Both the position numbers and the translations under genes were made by a program. From positions 49,540,001-49,604,000 of the forward strand of contig CM052816.1 of assembly GCA_028534125.1 (NCBI GenBank): DNA of 64,000 nt. The letters are read 5' to 3'. Shown here piece after piece: positions 25,941 to 38,334 of this stretch. Numbering within the stretch: the stretch's first letter is position 1; each line of letters opens with the position of its first letter. The notes under the pieces are model-generated. The model saw nothing but the letters and a program-made list of their open reading frames with translations, had not been told where the DNA came from and did no database searches. The DNA is from Lama glama. Its lineage: Eukaryota.

Positions 25941-26019
25941 ATCAAAAGGAAAACAAAAATAACGTATGTCAATTATAATTCCACTAAGAAAAATCAAAAG
26001 GAAAACAAACAAAAATAAC
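25912..26019 (+). repeat. Tandem duplication (52 + 56 bp) of the L1 tail and A-rich tract
   Basis: gtatatcaattataattccattaaaaaagatcaaaaggaaaacaaaaataac followed by gtatgtcaattataattccactaagaaaaatcaaaaggaaaacaaacaaaaataac. Confidence 0.9.
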
Positions 26020-26569
26020 GGTCTGTTTTCCTTTACCACATATAAATATGTATTTAATATTCTTCACATTTAATTTGCAGAGATACTGAAGAAATATCTT
26101 GTGTTGATGAAGTAACATGCTTAAGAGGGATGTTACCACTTTTTTGTTTCTAATTTTACATCTATACAGATTTTTTTGCAGAAATGGAGAGAGGGCAGGG
26201 ATGAGGGTGGAGACATATTCTAGGTGGCTTCTAGCATTGCTAAGGAACAAGGAAAATGGAAATGCATGCATTCATCCAAATAAATGATTAATATAGTTAT
26301 AATACTGTGTGAGTACAGGAGTACATTAGCAGTACTGGGTAAATATATTAATGTGTAAAAATGTATCAATATATATACATAAGTACATTAATATATAAAT
26401 GCAATAATATATTTTCAGTAGATGTTTGATAATGTAGTAAGAATAGGCTTAGCAGAAATGCCCTTGATTATCATGAGGACAGAGGATCAAATGTGGGGCT
26501 TTAGGTTATCATTTGGTTCCTACTAAAGCTGTGTTGCTGATGAAAAACATTTAGTGACACTTTGTTACT

Positions 26570-26975
26570 GTGTTCCAGCTACACTGGCCTCTAGCGTTTC
26601 TTGAATTCATCACTCACTTGCCCCATCACTGGGGCCACATGCTTGTTGTTCCTTCTGCCTGGAAGACTCTTCTTCAGGCTTTAGCAAGACTGGCTAATAT
26701 CCCTCTTCAGCTCAAGCAGCACCTTCCTTGACTGGCTCCCTTGAGTAACCAGATCTATTTACTGCCTTTCTCATCAGCCTGTTCTCCTGTCTACTCGCCC
26801 TACCACCCCGCAACATAGCTTTCATTACAATGGACAATACTTTGCTTATTTATTTGTAAGTTTTTCACTTTCCATCCCCTCCACTATAATACAAATTCTA
26901 AAAGTGCAGAAGCCTACATGTCTTTATCTAGTCTGTACTCCCAGTGTCTAATGTGATTCCTGGAGAATCAATACA
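26570..26975 (+). mobile_element. L2 3' region
   Basis: tccagctacactggcctct...gttccttctgcctggaagactct...ctcccagtgtctaa. Confidence 0.7.
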
Positions 26976-28012
26976 CGATAGAGTGATCACTGATTCTCTG
27001 ATCTGTGAACTGGATTTTGGCACTCACATATAAGGAAAATTGAATATATAAAGCATCCAAGAGTTTAAATATCAATGAAAGAAATTAGCTATTCTGTCCA
27101 CCTGATTCCTGGAGTAGTGGCAACATAGAATTTTCTTCTTTACCTGGCATTGGCATTATAAGATGCATGGTCGTATACTGAGCTCACAAGAAAAACACAA
27201 CCACAGCATAATAGTACAGACTTTAAGTTTTTAGAGTCTTTTTTTTTCCTTTTGCATTGTCTTCTGCAGTGCTACATGATATTTTATAGATGCATACAAA
27301 CTTTTGCTATCTAGGGTAAAAGATCATGCAAATTGATAATAAAGTGAAATAAGACAGTCTCTGAATCACCTTGAATAAGAGGTGACTGGCAACAGGTGGT
27401 GGGTCAGTGAGAAGGATGAGGCAGACACTGAACACAGACAGGATGGTCCCAGTCCAAGCAGAACCCTGGAGTTGGGGGGAGGGTACAAAGAGCAGGCAAA
27501 TGGGAAGTTAAATTTAGCCTGCAATGATTTCTTGCCCCCGGGAAAAATAATTGCTTCATTCTATTGCCAAAAGGCAAATCGGCATCAGCTTAATTTGCCT
27601 GAGTCTGCCATAAACTGCAGATGGAATCATAAAACATAGTTAGATTCAAATTAAACACATCTGTCCTAATCTAAAGCCGGTGAGTCCAGCCAGCCAAGAA
27701 GCATCAAGGTATAACACCGCACACAGATTACAATAGGCAGAGGTGTATTTTAGGAGACTGCTGACAGTGGAATAAAGAAGCATGAAATGGTGTTTCGTCC
27801 TATTTTCCTTGTGTTGAGCCTGCCTTCTTGTCCTGGTCGCCATCTTAGTTTTAAAAGGCTTTACCAACACCTCTCCAGGAAACAAGCAAGCTGACGACAA
27901 AGCACTGATTTGAAGTCCAGAAATGGGTTGCATTTTAACGAGGATTCTTACCTGAGCTGATGCTTTCTCAGATTAATTGCAATGACCAGGAATCAGAAGT
28001 CCTGATAGTGCG

Positions 28013-28087
28013 TTTTTTTTTTAATTTTAATTTTTTTATTAACATATTGTTAGTTTACAATGTTGTGTCAGTTTCTGGTGTACAGCA
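28013..28087 (-). mobile_element. Very short 5'-truncated L1 (tail only)
   Basis: Poly-T, then tttacaatgttgtgtcagtttctggtgtacagca. Candidate TSD tgatagtgc (28003-28011) and tgatagtac (28088-28096). Confidence 0.75.
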
Positions 28088-28339
28088 TGATAGTACTGCC
28101 TACAGTGCATTGTAATTGGCCTTGAAAATCTAGCCAGAGAGTTTGTTTCTACTGAAGGTGCCAGCCTATAACTGTAGCACCCCCGAGATAGTGGGTGTAG
28201 AGAGGAAAAAGTGGGCTAAGAAATGATGGCTTTGACCAAGGTGACTGTGCATCTTGTCCACACCAGGACAGTTTTGAGGGTAGAAGGGGACTCTGGCACC
28301 CATGGAGGTGCCTGGCTCCAATTTCCCTTCAGGAAAGAA

Positions 28340-28773
28340 CGTGCTGTTTGGCTGCAAATAATTCAGTTAGCTTCCAGTGACCCCCTTCTGTAGCACCGAC
28401 AGGATCCCGCTTGAGCCTTAGAGCCTTGCTCTGCCTGGGTGTCCTCCAGCCAGTGATGGAACATGGTCAGGGCATTAGTGCCTGGTCATTTCTGCCCTTG
28501 GGGGATTCCTCTAAAAAGTAGCCTTTGCTCCTGGAGATCCCAGCTGGACTGGCTAAGACTTTGCCATGATGGCCCAAGACTCACCTGCCCATTCCTCCTT
28601 CAACCCCCACCCACATTTCCTCCCCAGGTGTCACATCTACATCACAAGATGAAGACTTGTGCTGCCCACTTCTGCTTCCTCCTCATTTTATCTTGCTTAG
28701 GCATTACTGCTCAGTAAACCTGTGCTTTTAACTTCATTTTAGCACTTACTTCATGGAGAACCCAACTCACACA
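28340..28773 (+). mobile_element. LTR16-like (ERVL) solo LTR
   Basis: gcctggtcatttctgccc...ttcctctaa...ctttgctcctggag...ggctaagacttt; ends ggagaacccaactcacaca. Confidence 0.75.
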
Positions 28774-30477
28774 GGGGTCCTACTAATAATTAGATATAGG
28801 GAACCAGATATAGAGAATGGTCTGTAACAACCCTAATTATGTTTGATGAGCTCTGTGGTCTTCCCTCTACTTCATTCAAGGGCAGAACTTTGTATTCTGC
28901 TGACATTGTCCATCTAACATAGGTCTATGTGGGGCCTTTAATTAATCTCAGAAAGACCTTGACATACTAGACCCTGAGTGAATAAACTACATGTTTACAC
29001 TGCAGTGGAAAGAGCCTAGCACTGATTTTCTTTTCTTTTTTTCTCTTTTGAAGAATCTTCTTTCTTCCTTCTCACTTATTTGTTAGTATGCTCAAGGACC
29101 TCCTCTCTACTCCCCTCCTCTGCCCTTCCTTTAAGACTCTCACAGGAATACAGTATTCACATTTGTACTTAACAGTCCACGTTTAAGGGAAGCTCTCCAA
29201 TTCCATATCTGCTTATTCAGTAGGTTTATGGGTCATTTTCACTTTGAGTATCCCACCGGCTTCTCAAACTCAGTAATTCCTTTAAAACTAAACCCATTGT
29301 ATTTCCTTATGAAAGATGGCCACATGGTCATAAAGGCAGGAGCTCTGAAACTCAACCCAGACTTTTTGCTCTCCCACAGACCCCATGTCAGTTTGGTCAC
29401 AGTGTCATCCTGAGTCTATCTTACACATTTTGGTCAAACCTGTTATCTCTTTTCTACCTTTTAAGAAGACACTGAGGAAATATCACTAATGGCAATAAAA
29501 TGTGAGTTTTCACAAGTATATAATGTGTTAGAAATAAGTAGATGTAAGCAAAAAGAAAGAACAAAAAGTACAAGGACAAGAGGGAAAAAGCAGGTCAGCT
29601 GAAGAGCAGCTGGCATCTGCAAGGTACAGTGAGAGGTGGACAGATTGGTCTTTCTGACTCTGACCACAGAAGCACTGTGTGGCTGGCCCACACCCCGGCT
29701 AGAAAACCAGTTAGATTAAGGGTTATCACCTAGAAAGGGCAGCTACCAGTAACAAGGAGGATTTCTTAAGACACCAAAACTCCCCATAATAATGGGATAT
29801 TCAGATAGACCAGACATTCTGGCTTCATGTGGCCCTGGGTACATCAGGACTAGAAGCTCACATCAGTTGCTAGGTTATGCAGGAACCTGGCTGTAGGAGT
29901 GAGAGGGATCCGAATGAGAGGTTCCTGACTTGGGTACAGTTATAAATGTAGCCTGGATTCTTGAGAACCTCTAGGATACTGTTCATGCTTTGCCTTTCTC
30001 CTGTAGACATTGCTTCTGTCAGTATAAATAAATCAATATAAATATCTATAATATGCCTTGATCTGTTGACATTGCTGTAACAACAGACCCTGGTCTGGGG
30101 AGGAGAAGTCCTTTTTATAGTAATGACATTTCACAGAAATATGACTGACATCTTATCAAAAAAGCGGGTGTTCATACACATCATCATGCAGTGCACAGAG
30201 CAGATGGTGGTGTTGTTAGTCTTGCTGTACAGAGCTGTGCTCATTTACTCACAAAGGCAGAGAGGCAGGATCACACCTTTAAACTGGTGATTGGCTTTCT
30301 AGAAAATTTCAACAATAATGCTTTTGCTTCTAGGTGAATTATCTAGGGGGAGAGGAGGTCATGATTTGGGGAGACTTTCATTTCATTTCCAGTATTTATT
30401 CCATGGATTGGGTTTAAATTGTGCCTCCGTTGCTTTCCCTGTCCAGAGCTACCTCTAAAGAGGGTTAGGAATAGTGC

Positions 30478-31055
30478 TACTAATCACAATAGTCAAGACA
30501 TGGAAGCAACCTAAATGTCCATTGACAGATAATTTGATAAAGAAATTGTGAAAATTGTGGGATATATATGTAATGGATACTACTCACCCATTAAAAATTT
30601 TTGTACGACATGGGTGGACCTGAAGATTGTCATACTAAGTGAAGTAAGCCAGAAAGAGAAAGAAAAATACCATATGATAGCACTTACGTGTGGAATCTAA
30701 AAAAAAAAAGACGCAAATTAACTTATTTACAAAACAGAAACAGACTCACAGACATAGAGAACAAACTTACGGTTGCAAGTTGGGAAAGGGGGTGTGGAGG
30801 GATAAATTGGGAGTTCAGGATTTGCAGATACTAACTACTGCATATAAAATAGATAAACAACAGGGTCCAACTGTATAGCACAGGAAACTATATTCAATAT
30901 CTTTTAATAACCTATAATGAAAAAGAATATGAAAAGGAATATATACATGTATAACTGAATCACTATGCTGTACACCAGAAATTAACACAACGTTGTAAAT
31001 CAACTATACGTCAATTAAATATATAATAAATATATATATAAAGGCAAAAAAAAAA
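30478..31055 (+). mobile_element. 5'-truncated L1 3' end, cetartiodactyl type
   Basis: aagacatggaagcaacctaaatgtcc...ataactgaatcactatgctgtacaccagaaattaacacaacgttgtaaatcaactatac plus A-rich tail; no TSD found. Confidence 0.9.
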
Positions 31056-31059
31056 GAGA

Positions 31060-31700
31060 AAATCCTCATCATTTTTTGCTGGGACTACTTCAGAAGATTA
31101 ATGTTTAATCCTTTTGCCCTCAGTCTTGATCCAACAGGATGCTGCCTGGGTCATCGTTCAGAACACAGATGAGGCCGTGTATTTTCCCAGGTGTAAAGTC
31201 CTTTTATGATTTCCAGTGCTCACGGATAAACTTCAGAATGTGGGCACAGCATGTAAGGCCTTTATCTATATGACAGTGCTACCCTTCTGAGCTCCTTTCT
31301 CTCTATTCCTCATATACATCTGTGCTCCAATTACAGTGGCCTGCTTGAAGTTTCTGGAGTGAGCTGTGATCTTTTTTCTTTGTATATATTATTTTCTTTG
31401 CCTGGAATGCTGAGCATGTACCCCCTCGTCTTCTGCATCACCTAACAGCACTGAGTCCTTTTAGAAGTCTCCTGTGATCCCACAATTTGAAGCATGTGTA
31501 CCAATCAGAGGTCTTATTGCTGTGTGCTGTAACTGTTCCTATATTTTAATCTTGGATAGTAGGCTCTGTTACTTATTGATCTCAAAGACTATCTTTAGTT
31601 CTGTATATTCAGCACTTACCTCAGTGCCTATCATAAAATAGGTACTTGGGTATAGAAAGATAGATGGACAAATGGGTGGACAAATGGGGGGATGGCTGAG
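31060..31700 (+). mobile_element. L2 3' region
   Basis: tctttgcctggaatgc...attcagcacttacctcagtgcctatcataaaataggtact followed by a gatgg-type tail. Confidence 0.65.
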
Positions 31701-32269
31701 TGGCTGGCTAGCTAGATACATGGAGAGACAGATAATCTATCGAAATATCTTTACCAGTCAGTCATCAACCTCCAATTTCAAGTGTACTCTATGGAATGCT
31801 GCAAGCATAGTCTTCTTAAAATAGATTTGATTACGTCAAAGCTTTAAAATACGTATTAAAAACATTCATTGGCTCCTCATCTTACAAATGGCGATGTCAC
31901 TTTTTAATCTTTCCTGATCTGACATATTTGTACTTTCTCAGCCTTTCCCAATCAAATACTCCACAGTCCAGCCGTACTAAATCCTATAGTGTTTCCAGAC
32001 CATACTCATTTATTCACTTATTTCGTGACTCCCTTTTCTGATATCTGCTCCAGAGCTGATGCATTTTTGTCTGTCATCTTAGAATAGCTAATGACTTGCT
32101 TTATACATTTGACATATATTCTAACTTCCATTTTCATTTTTCTAATATTTTAAAGTGGCTGGTCTGGAAAAGAGATGAAATAATTAATTCATGAGAAAGC
32201 TTCTACAGGGGATAGAATGCCTAAGAAATACAAAGTAGTAGTAGGAGGTCCTGCTTCTTCTTTAAGTTT

Positions 32270-33320
32270 TGACAAGCCTCAGTCTCTTCTCACCATGAGG
32301 TGGCACTTCCACCTGTAAAGCTCCCTTGGAAACTGAGTGGGCTCTTCTGAATCTGATTCACATCCTCTTTGTGCAATAAAGCTACACCTGTGTCTCTGAA
32401 GCCTGTTGTTCCCCAGACTTAACCAGTGCTGCTTTGGGTACATCAGGCTACTCAGGAATTAGTAACCCTTAAGATTTCTAGAAGCCCTTCTTATTTAGCT
32501 GAGAGAGTCTTTCAGGCGCACCTGAATTACTTGAAATGTTTTCACAAAGGTCTCATAGCCACATGCTTGATGCGATGTTTTTGTTGAGGCCATGTCTTTC
32601 CAACACAGCTCTGGATTTGATCCTTCACTGGTTTGAAGGGCTGGATTTGAGAAATTGTTTTCTTTTCAATCACAAGTCCTGGTTTCCCTATAATCCTTTT
32701 CTTTACTTTCAAACTCATCAGTTTTTTTCTTTAACACGTCTCTTTCTGGTAGTGCCTTATCAAATACAGCTATTAAGAGCCAAGTGGTACTTTAACACTC
32801 TGCCTAGAAATCTCATTACTCAGTTACAAACGTTCATTGGGTACATTTTCTATCATGCAGTTTCCTCAGGTGACAGCTTTACCAGCTGCTTCTCTCTGCA
32901 TAACATGGATAGACGTTTTTCTAGTCTCCTGTAGCCATTCTCTCAGTGCCTTTCCGGATTCCATCTGCTACCAGTACTAAAGCCAAGGCCACATATTTTA
33001 GCTCTTTGCTGTGGTACAGTTCATTGCTCTTTTCTTCCATGTTTCTCTCACCTCTCTCAGGCAAGCTAGCCTGAATTTATTCTCTTGGCTGTGGCAGGTT
33101 TCCGAGAAAGGAAGTAGAAATATTCAAGTGTGTTTTCAAACCTCTGCTGGCTTCAAGTCTGCGACCATCCTGTTGGCCAAAGCAAGTCACATGGACAAGC
33201 CCAGACTCCAGGGAATCAAGAAATAAGCACCACCCCTTTATTGAGAGAATTGCAAAGTTACAGAGCAAAGTGTGTGGATGTAGATAGGTTATTTATTGGA
33301 ATAGTTAATAAACCAGTCTA
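32270..33320 (-). mobile_element. MLT1-type MaLR internal and LTR sequence
   Basis: ttggccaaagcaagtcacatggacaagcccaga (MLT1 hallmark), aaagccaaggccacatattttag, aacactctgcctagaaatctc. Confidence 0.7.
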
Positions 33321-33633
33321 CGACAGCTATTTCGGGTAATCTTCTTTAACAAATTAGACAATATTTCATTTACATGTAATGAAAAAACCCCAAACTGAGT
33401 TAACAACTTTTAGGCAATTCAGTATGCAATGTTTGATTTATAAAATTTAATTCTTTACCATGTTACATGCCATCCCTCTTAGAAGCACATGGTTTCAAAT
33501 GAGTTTTGCCTGCCTTATCTGTAAATCTAAATCGTATGGTGACTTTACAAAAGGGAGATGAATGGAGTATGTGAAATAGTACATTCGGTGCCTAAGGCAA
33601 AAAAAAGTCAATATCCGTTTCTTTATTCCTCAG

Positions 33634-33762
33634 GTGATATTTGTGATCCCAATCCATGTGAAAATGGAGGTATCTGTGTGTCAGGACTGTCTGATGGTTC
33701 CTTTTCCTGTGAGTGTCCAGATGGCTTCACAGATCCCAACTGTTCTAGTGTTGTGGAGGTTG
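33634..33762 (+). CDS. EDIL3: EDIL3 (Del-1) internal coding exon encoding EGF-like domain 1 (probably exon 2); 129 nt, phase 1-1
   Basis: Acceptor tttctttattcctcag|GT and donor GTTG|gtaagt. Translation (G)[42 protein letters not shown] has six EGF cysteines and matches recalled human EDIL3 [43 protein letters not shown]. Confidence 0.96.
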
Positions 33763-35849
33763 GTAAGTGCAAGATTTAATCATTTCAGTAGTTAACCTGT
33801 TTGTTTTCCTGAGTGACTGGCAAGTTTGGGTGTCAGTGCATTATGGGTGTTCTATGTAAGATTGCTGTGTGTTGCTAATTAGTGTACTAATTAGCAAGTA
33901 CTAATCGTAGGTCTCTCAGTTTTATCATTTCTATTTTATTTTTAAATTATTTTTAAATTTAATTTAATTTAATTTAAATAATTTCAACCTGTTTTAGTGA
34001 TTAACACACTACATAAAAGGCACTGCCTGTACTACTTGAATATAAGAAATTTCCTACCTTTTTAGTATTAATATACATTTAAATTTTGCTCTCACTGGAA
34101 AATGATTCCCAGGTCAATTTATTCAAGTTAAATTGTCACTTCAGATAAAACAGAACTTATTTTAGTATCTGAAAATATCCATCAGTATGTTGTAGCTGTT
34201 CTAATCATTACTTTTCTAAGACTACAAATACATGATGAAAGAAAAAATGTTCCAGCTGCATTGTTCTTCAAGGTCTCAAAAACTTGCTTGGCAAATATTG
34301 ATCACATTTCAAAATGTTTTTATCTGTGAGGTGCTTCATTGGCATGTATAATTATGGAGTCAGGGTAACTTGCATAATATACAAATAGTTCCCCAGTAAG
34401 AAAATAGCTATACTTTAATAATTTAGCATGACGTAAACTTGTATAGAAATTCTTTTCCTCTGATTAAAAGTAATACCATGATTAAGTTTGAAGAAATTTT
34501 TTTTTCATGCCAATGTTAAGAAGGAAAAAAGTAGACTATATCTGTTCAATACAGGAAAACCAAACATGTGTTGGATTAAAATTCTGTCAGGCAACATAAA
34601 TCTTGGAAAACTCAGATTTATTTAGGTTTTCAAAAATAGTTTTGAAAAAGAGAAGTAATAGTGTCTATAGTATGGGATAAATTTGAATTATTCATCATTG
34701 TATCTAAAGCACCTAACCTAGTACCTCTGTGCATAGTAGGAGTCCAGTAACTATTGGTTGAATGAATGAGAGAATAATTAAATAAAACCACTGACTTGCC
34801 ATTTGGAGCCACTAGTTATTGCATTTTTATGTGCTTTATTTTTTAAATGTTTTTTCTTGTATTTTTTATATTACATTGCTGTGAGTATGTTATATCTGAA
34901 AAAGTTAGCTACATTATTTCTGAAAGGTACCTTGTTCATTTGAGTCATTTCAAAGATACTTCTCTTTTAACTTGCTGCTTTTAGGGGGATTGATGCAATG
35001 CCATAGAAATAAAACTGTTGTGACCACTTTGACCCAGTCTCCAAATACGTGCTGTGAGTTTCAGAGTTTAATCTGAGAATCATATCCTCACAAAAGTCTA
35101 TAACTCTGAGAAAAATTATAGTCATAAATATTCCTAACAGGAATATATGAATAGAATAAAAATTTAATGTTACATTTTAAGCCCACGGACCCCGAGTTGG
35201 CAGTGCCTTAGATTTGTAGTGTATAATGTTTTTGTTGCTAATTGTAAGGGCCAAATCTGGAACTGAAGAGGCAGATGTATTTAAATAATTAAGAAACCAG
35301 TATCTTTATTGAATTCTGAAGTAAAAAATTGATTATTTTGGGCCATATTCTTAAACATTAATTCAACATTTATTATTTTATCAGAAGGATGATATTATAG
35401 TCAGTAACACTTTAAAAACTAAGCATATTCCACATAGTTCGATAAGACTTTGGGAAATCAAATGCTTATAGAATAAAGTTTTACCTACATTCATTATTCT
35501 ATGTTACTAGAACACCTCTGAAATTCAGAAATGACATAGTTACACTATATTACCTTAAGCTTTATGTTTTTATGTTTCAGGCAACTTCATTCTTCTATGA
35601 GGTATATTGAAGTGTTTTTGGAAGAAATATGTTTAATTTATATTTGCTTTATCATAGCATATTAGTTATGCCAATTTTAATTTAATGCATTGGTTTTATA
35701 GCATTAAAAAATAGAAAACAAGTATTCTACAAGTTTAAAATGTCCATAGTTTCTTAAATATAACTTTATAGAATGTGAAATAATTTTTAAAGGGTGAGAA
35801 AATAAGGGAAAATTAAATAAAATTTTCAGGTTAAAAACTTCTTTAGGAC

Positions 35850-36742
35850 TAGGAATAGACTTACCATATGACCCAGGAATCCCACTCCTGGGCTTGTACC
35901 CAGAAGGAAATCTACTTCAGGATGACACCTGCACCCCAATGTTCATAGCAGCACTATTTACAATAGCCAAAACATGGAAACAACCTAAATGTCCATCAAC
36001 AGGTGACTGGATAAAGAAGATGTGGTATATTTATACAATGGAATANNNNNNNNNNNNNNNNNNNNNNNNNNNNNNNNNNNNNNNNNNNNNNNNNNNNNNN
36101 NNNNNNNNNNNNNNNNNNNNNNNNNNNNNNNNNNNNNNNNNNNNNNNNNNNNNNNNNNNNNNNNNNNNNNNNNNNNNNNNNNNNNNNNNNNNNNNNNNNN
36201 NNNNNNNNNNNNNNNNNNNNNNNNNNNNNNNNNNNNNNNNNNNNNNNNNNNNNNNNNNNNNNNNNNNNNNNNNNNNNNNNNNNNNNNNNNNNNNNNNNNN
36301 NNNNNNNNNNNNNNNNNNNNNNNNNNNNNNNNNNNNNNNNNNNNNNNNNNNNNNNNNNNNNNNNNNNNNNNNNNNNNNNNNNNNNNNNNNNNNNNNNNNN
36401 NNNNNNNNNNNNNNNNNNNNNNNNNNNNNNNNNNNNNNNNNNNNNNNNNNNNNNNNNNNNNNNNNNNNNNNNNNNNNNNNNNNNNNNNNNNNNNNNNNNN
36501 NNNNNNNNNNNNNNNNNNNNNNNNNNNNNNNNNNNNNNNNNNNNNCAAAATTGTAGAACAGATAAACAAGATTACACTGTATAGCACAGGGAAATACACA
36601 CAAAATGTTATGATAAATCACAGAGAAAAAAATGTGACAATGAGTGTGTATATGTCCATGTATGACTGAAAAATTGTGCTGAACACTGGAATTTGACACA
36701 ACACTGTAAAATGATTATGAATCAATAAAAATGTAAAAAAAA
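35850..36742 (+). mobile_element. Young 5'-truncated L1 with a perfect 17-bp TSD; contains the assembly gap
   Basis: TSD aaaaacttctttaggac at 35833-35849 and 36743-36759; TT|AAAAA endonuclease site; ORF2 C-terminal peptide TCTPMFIAALFTIAKTWKQPKCPSTGDWIKKMWYIYTME; AATAAA plus poly-A. Confidence 0.95.
36046..36545. other. Assembly gap (500 N)
   Basis: Run of exactly 500 n. Confidence 1.
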
Positions 36743-38334
36743 AAAAACTTCTTTAGGACAGATGTGTTATTACCTTTCTTACCTTTCTTTGATCTCTTTC
36801 TTAACTCTTGCATATATTCAGGGAATACTAAATATTTATTGAATAAAAACACTTAATAGCAATACCTTTAATATCTAACTTACCTTTGTCTTTTTTTTCA
36901 TATTTTTAAAACTATTGGTGCAAAATATGTGAACATTAGGTCATTAAAGACAGTCCTGCCTATTTTAGTTTAAAGCATCTACTATTTTTCTGGAACATTT
37001 CTGGAACATTGTTGTCATTTCCCTGCTGTTAGGTAGCCCCAGTGCAGAAAAGCAGAATGTACTGGAGTTTTATATCAAAAAACTCCCCAAAGTTGTAGGT
37101 ATTTTAATGTAGTATTTTAATAGACAAGATTTGAGCTGTCACCATTGCTGTATTTTTACTTACATGTTAATCCTCCCAAAGATGGAGATGGAGATATGTT
37201 TAAGATGTCTACTGACCCTGTGAGCCATATAAATTTTATGATTATATGAAGTTCTGAATCTCCTTATTTTGAATTTCCAAAAGAAAGAAAATTATCTTGT
37301 TTAGATTTGCTTAGAAAAAGTTGAGTTTTGATCTTAACTTTAAAAATTATTATTACTCCATTTATTCTACAGTCGAAAAATATACTCTTTTTATTGGAGC
37401 ACATCTGGAGAGGGGAATTTTAAATACATGCTGCTCTTAGAGATAAAAATTACTTCTTGATTTTACCTCAAACCTCGTTACTTTGCCATAACCTTATTTT
37501 AAGTTCTTGATGCTACTTCAAGAGATCCTTATCCATTTTTTGTACTTTTAAAAGCATCTAATGTCAGATAAACACAAAACACTTTACCACCTTTGCAGTC
37601 AATCCTCACGTCACTTACATTCCCATACTACTTGTGGGAGCTTAGAGAAATTAACTTCCTCAGATTTGTGAACTTCATTCACTAGACAGCATTGCTTTTC
37701 TATGAACTTAGTTCTTTGTCTGTGTGCTCTGTTACCTCTGACTCTTTGCCTCTGTCTCTACTCTACTGTCTCTCTCTCTCACGCATCCTCTTATATACAC
37801 ATCTACACACCTCTCAATGTACTTGGCCTCTTAAAGTTAAAAAGACTCACTAGTAATATCCACAAAATACAATAGGAAAGCATCTCTGTGACAGAGGAGA
37901 GGAAAAAGAAAACCTAATTTTCATCTTGTGATTTGAAGGCTTCAGCCAGACTTACCAGAGTTTGCACAGATGTGCACTGGACACTGCTACCTTCTCCCGG
38001 GGACTTGTAGACAGAGCACCATGTGGTTAAGCCCCAAATGACTTGCCAATTACCTGATCATATTCCTATATGACACTGTAACTTGGAGCCAAATGTTGAC
38101 ACACTCATTTCATGAAGAAATTTCTATGCCTAGTGAATATTCCAGCATTCATATATGTAAATCTGGAATTATTAAACTGTCCAAGTTCCATGGCATATTT
38201 CTCCTTTTTATGCTATCAGATTAATTTGGTAAACTTATCATGAATACGAATTATACAACCCAATTACATAGTATATTAATGTAACCAAAGAGAACAAAAT
38301 AAGTGATTGAAATTTAAAAAAAAAAATCTTAGTT

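Noticed and set aside
33558..33779. 73-aa ORF as a standalone gene
   Set aside because: Only 33634-33762 is exon. The leading MNGV...YSS and trailing GKCKI are read-through into introns past clear splice sites.
35894..36699. Four ORFs of more than 200 aa
   Set aside because: Artefacts of translating the 500-N gap. The only real peptide is the L1 ORF2 C-terminus.
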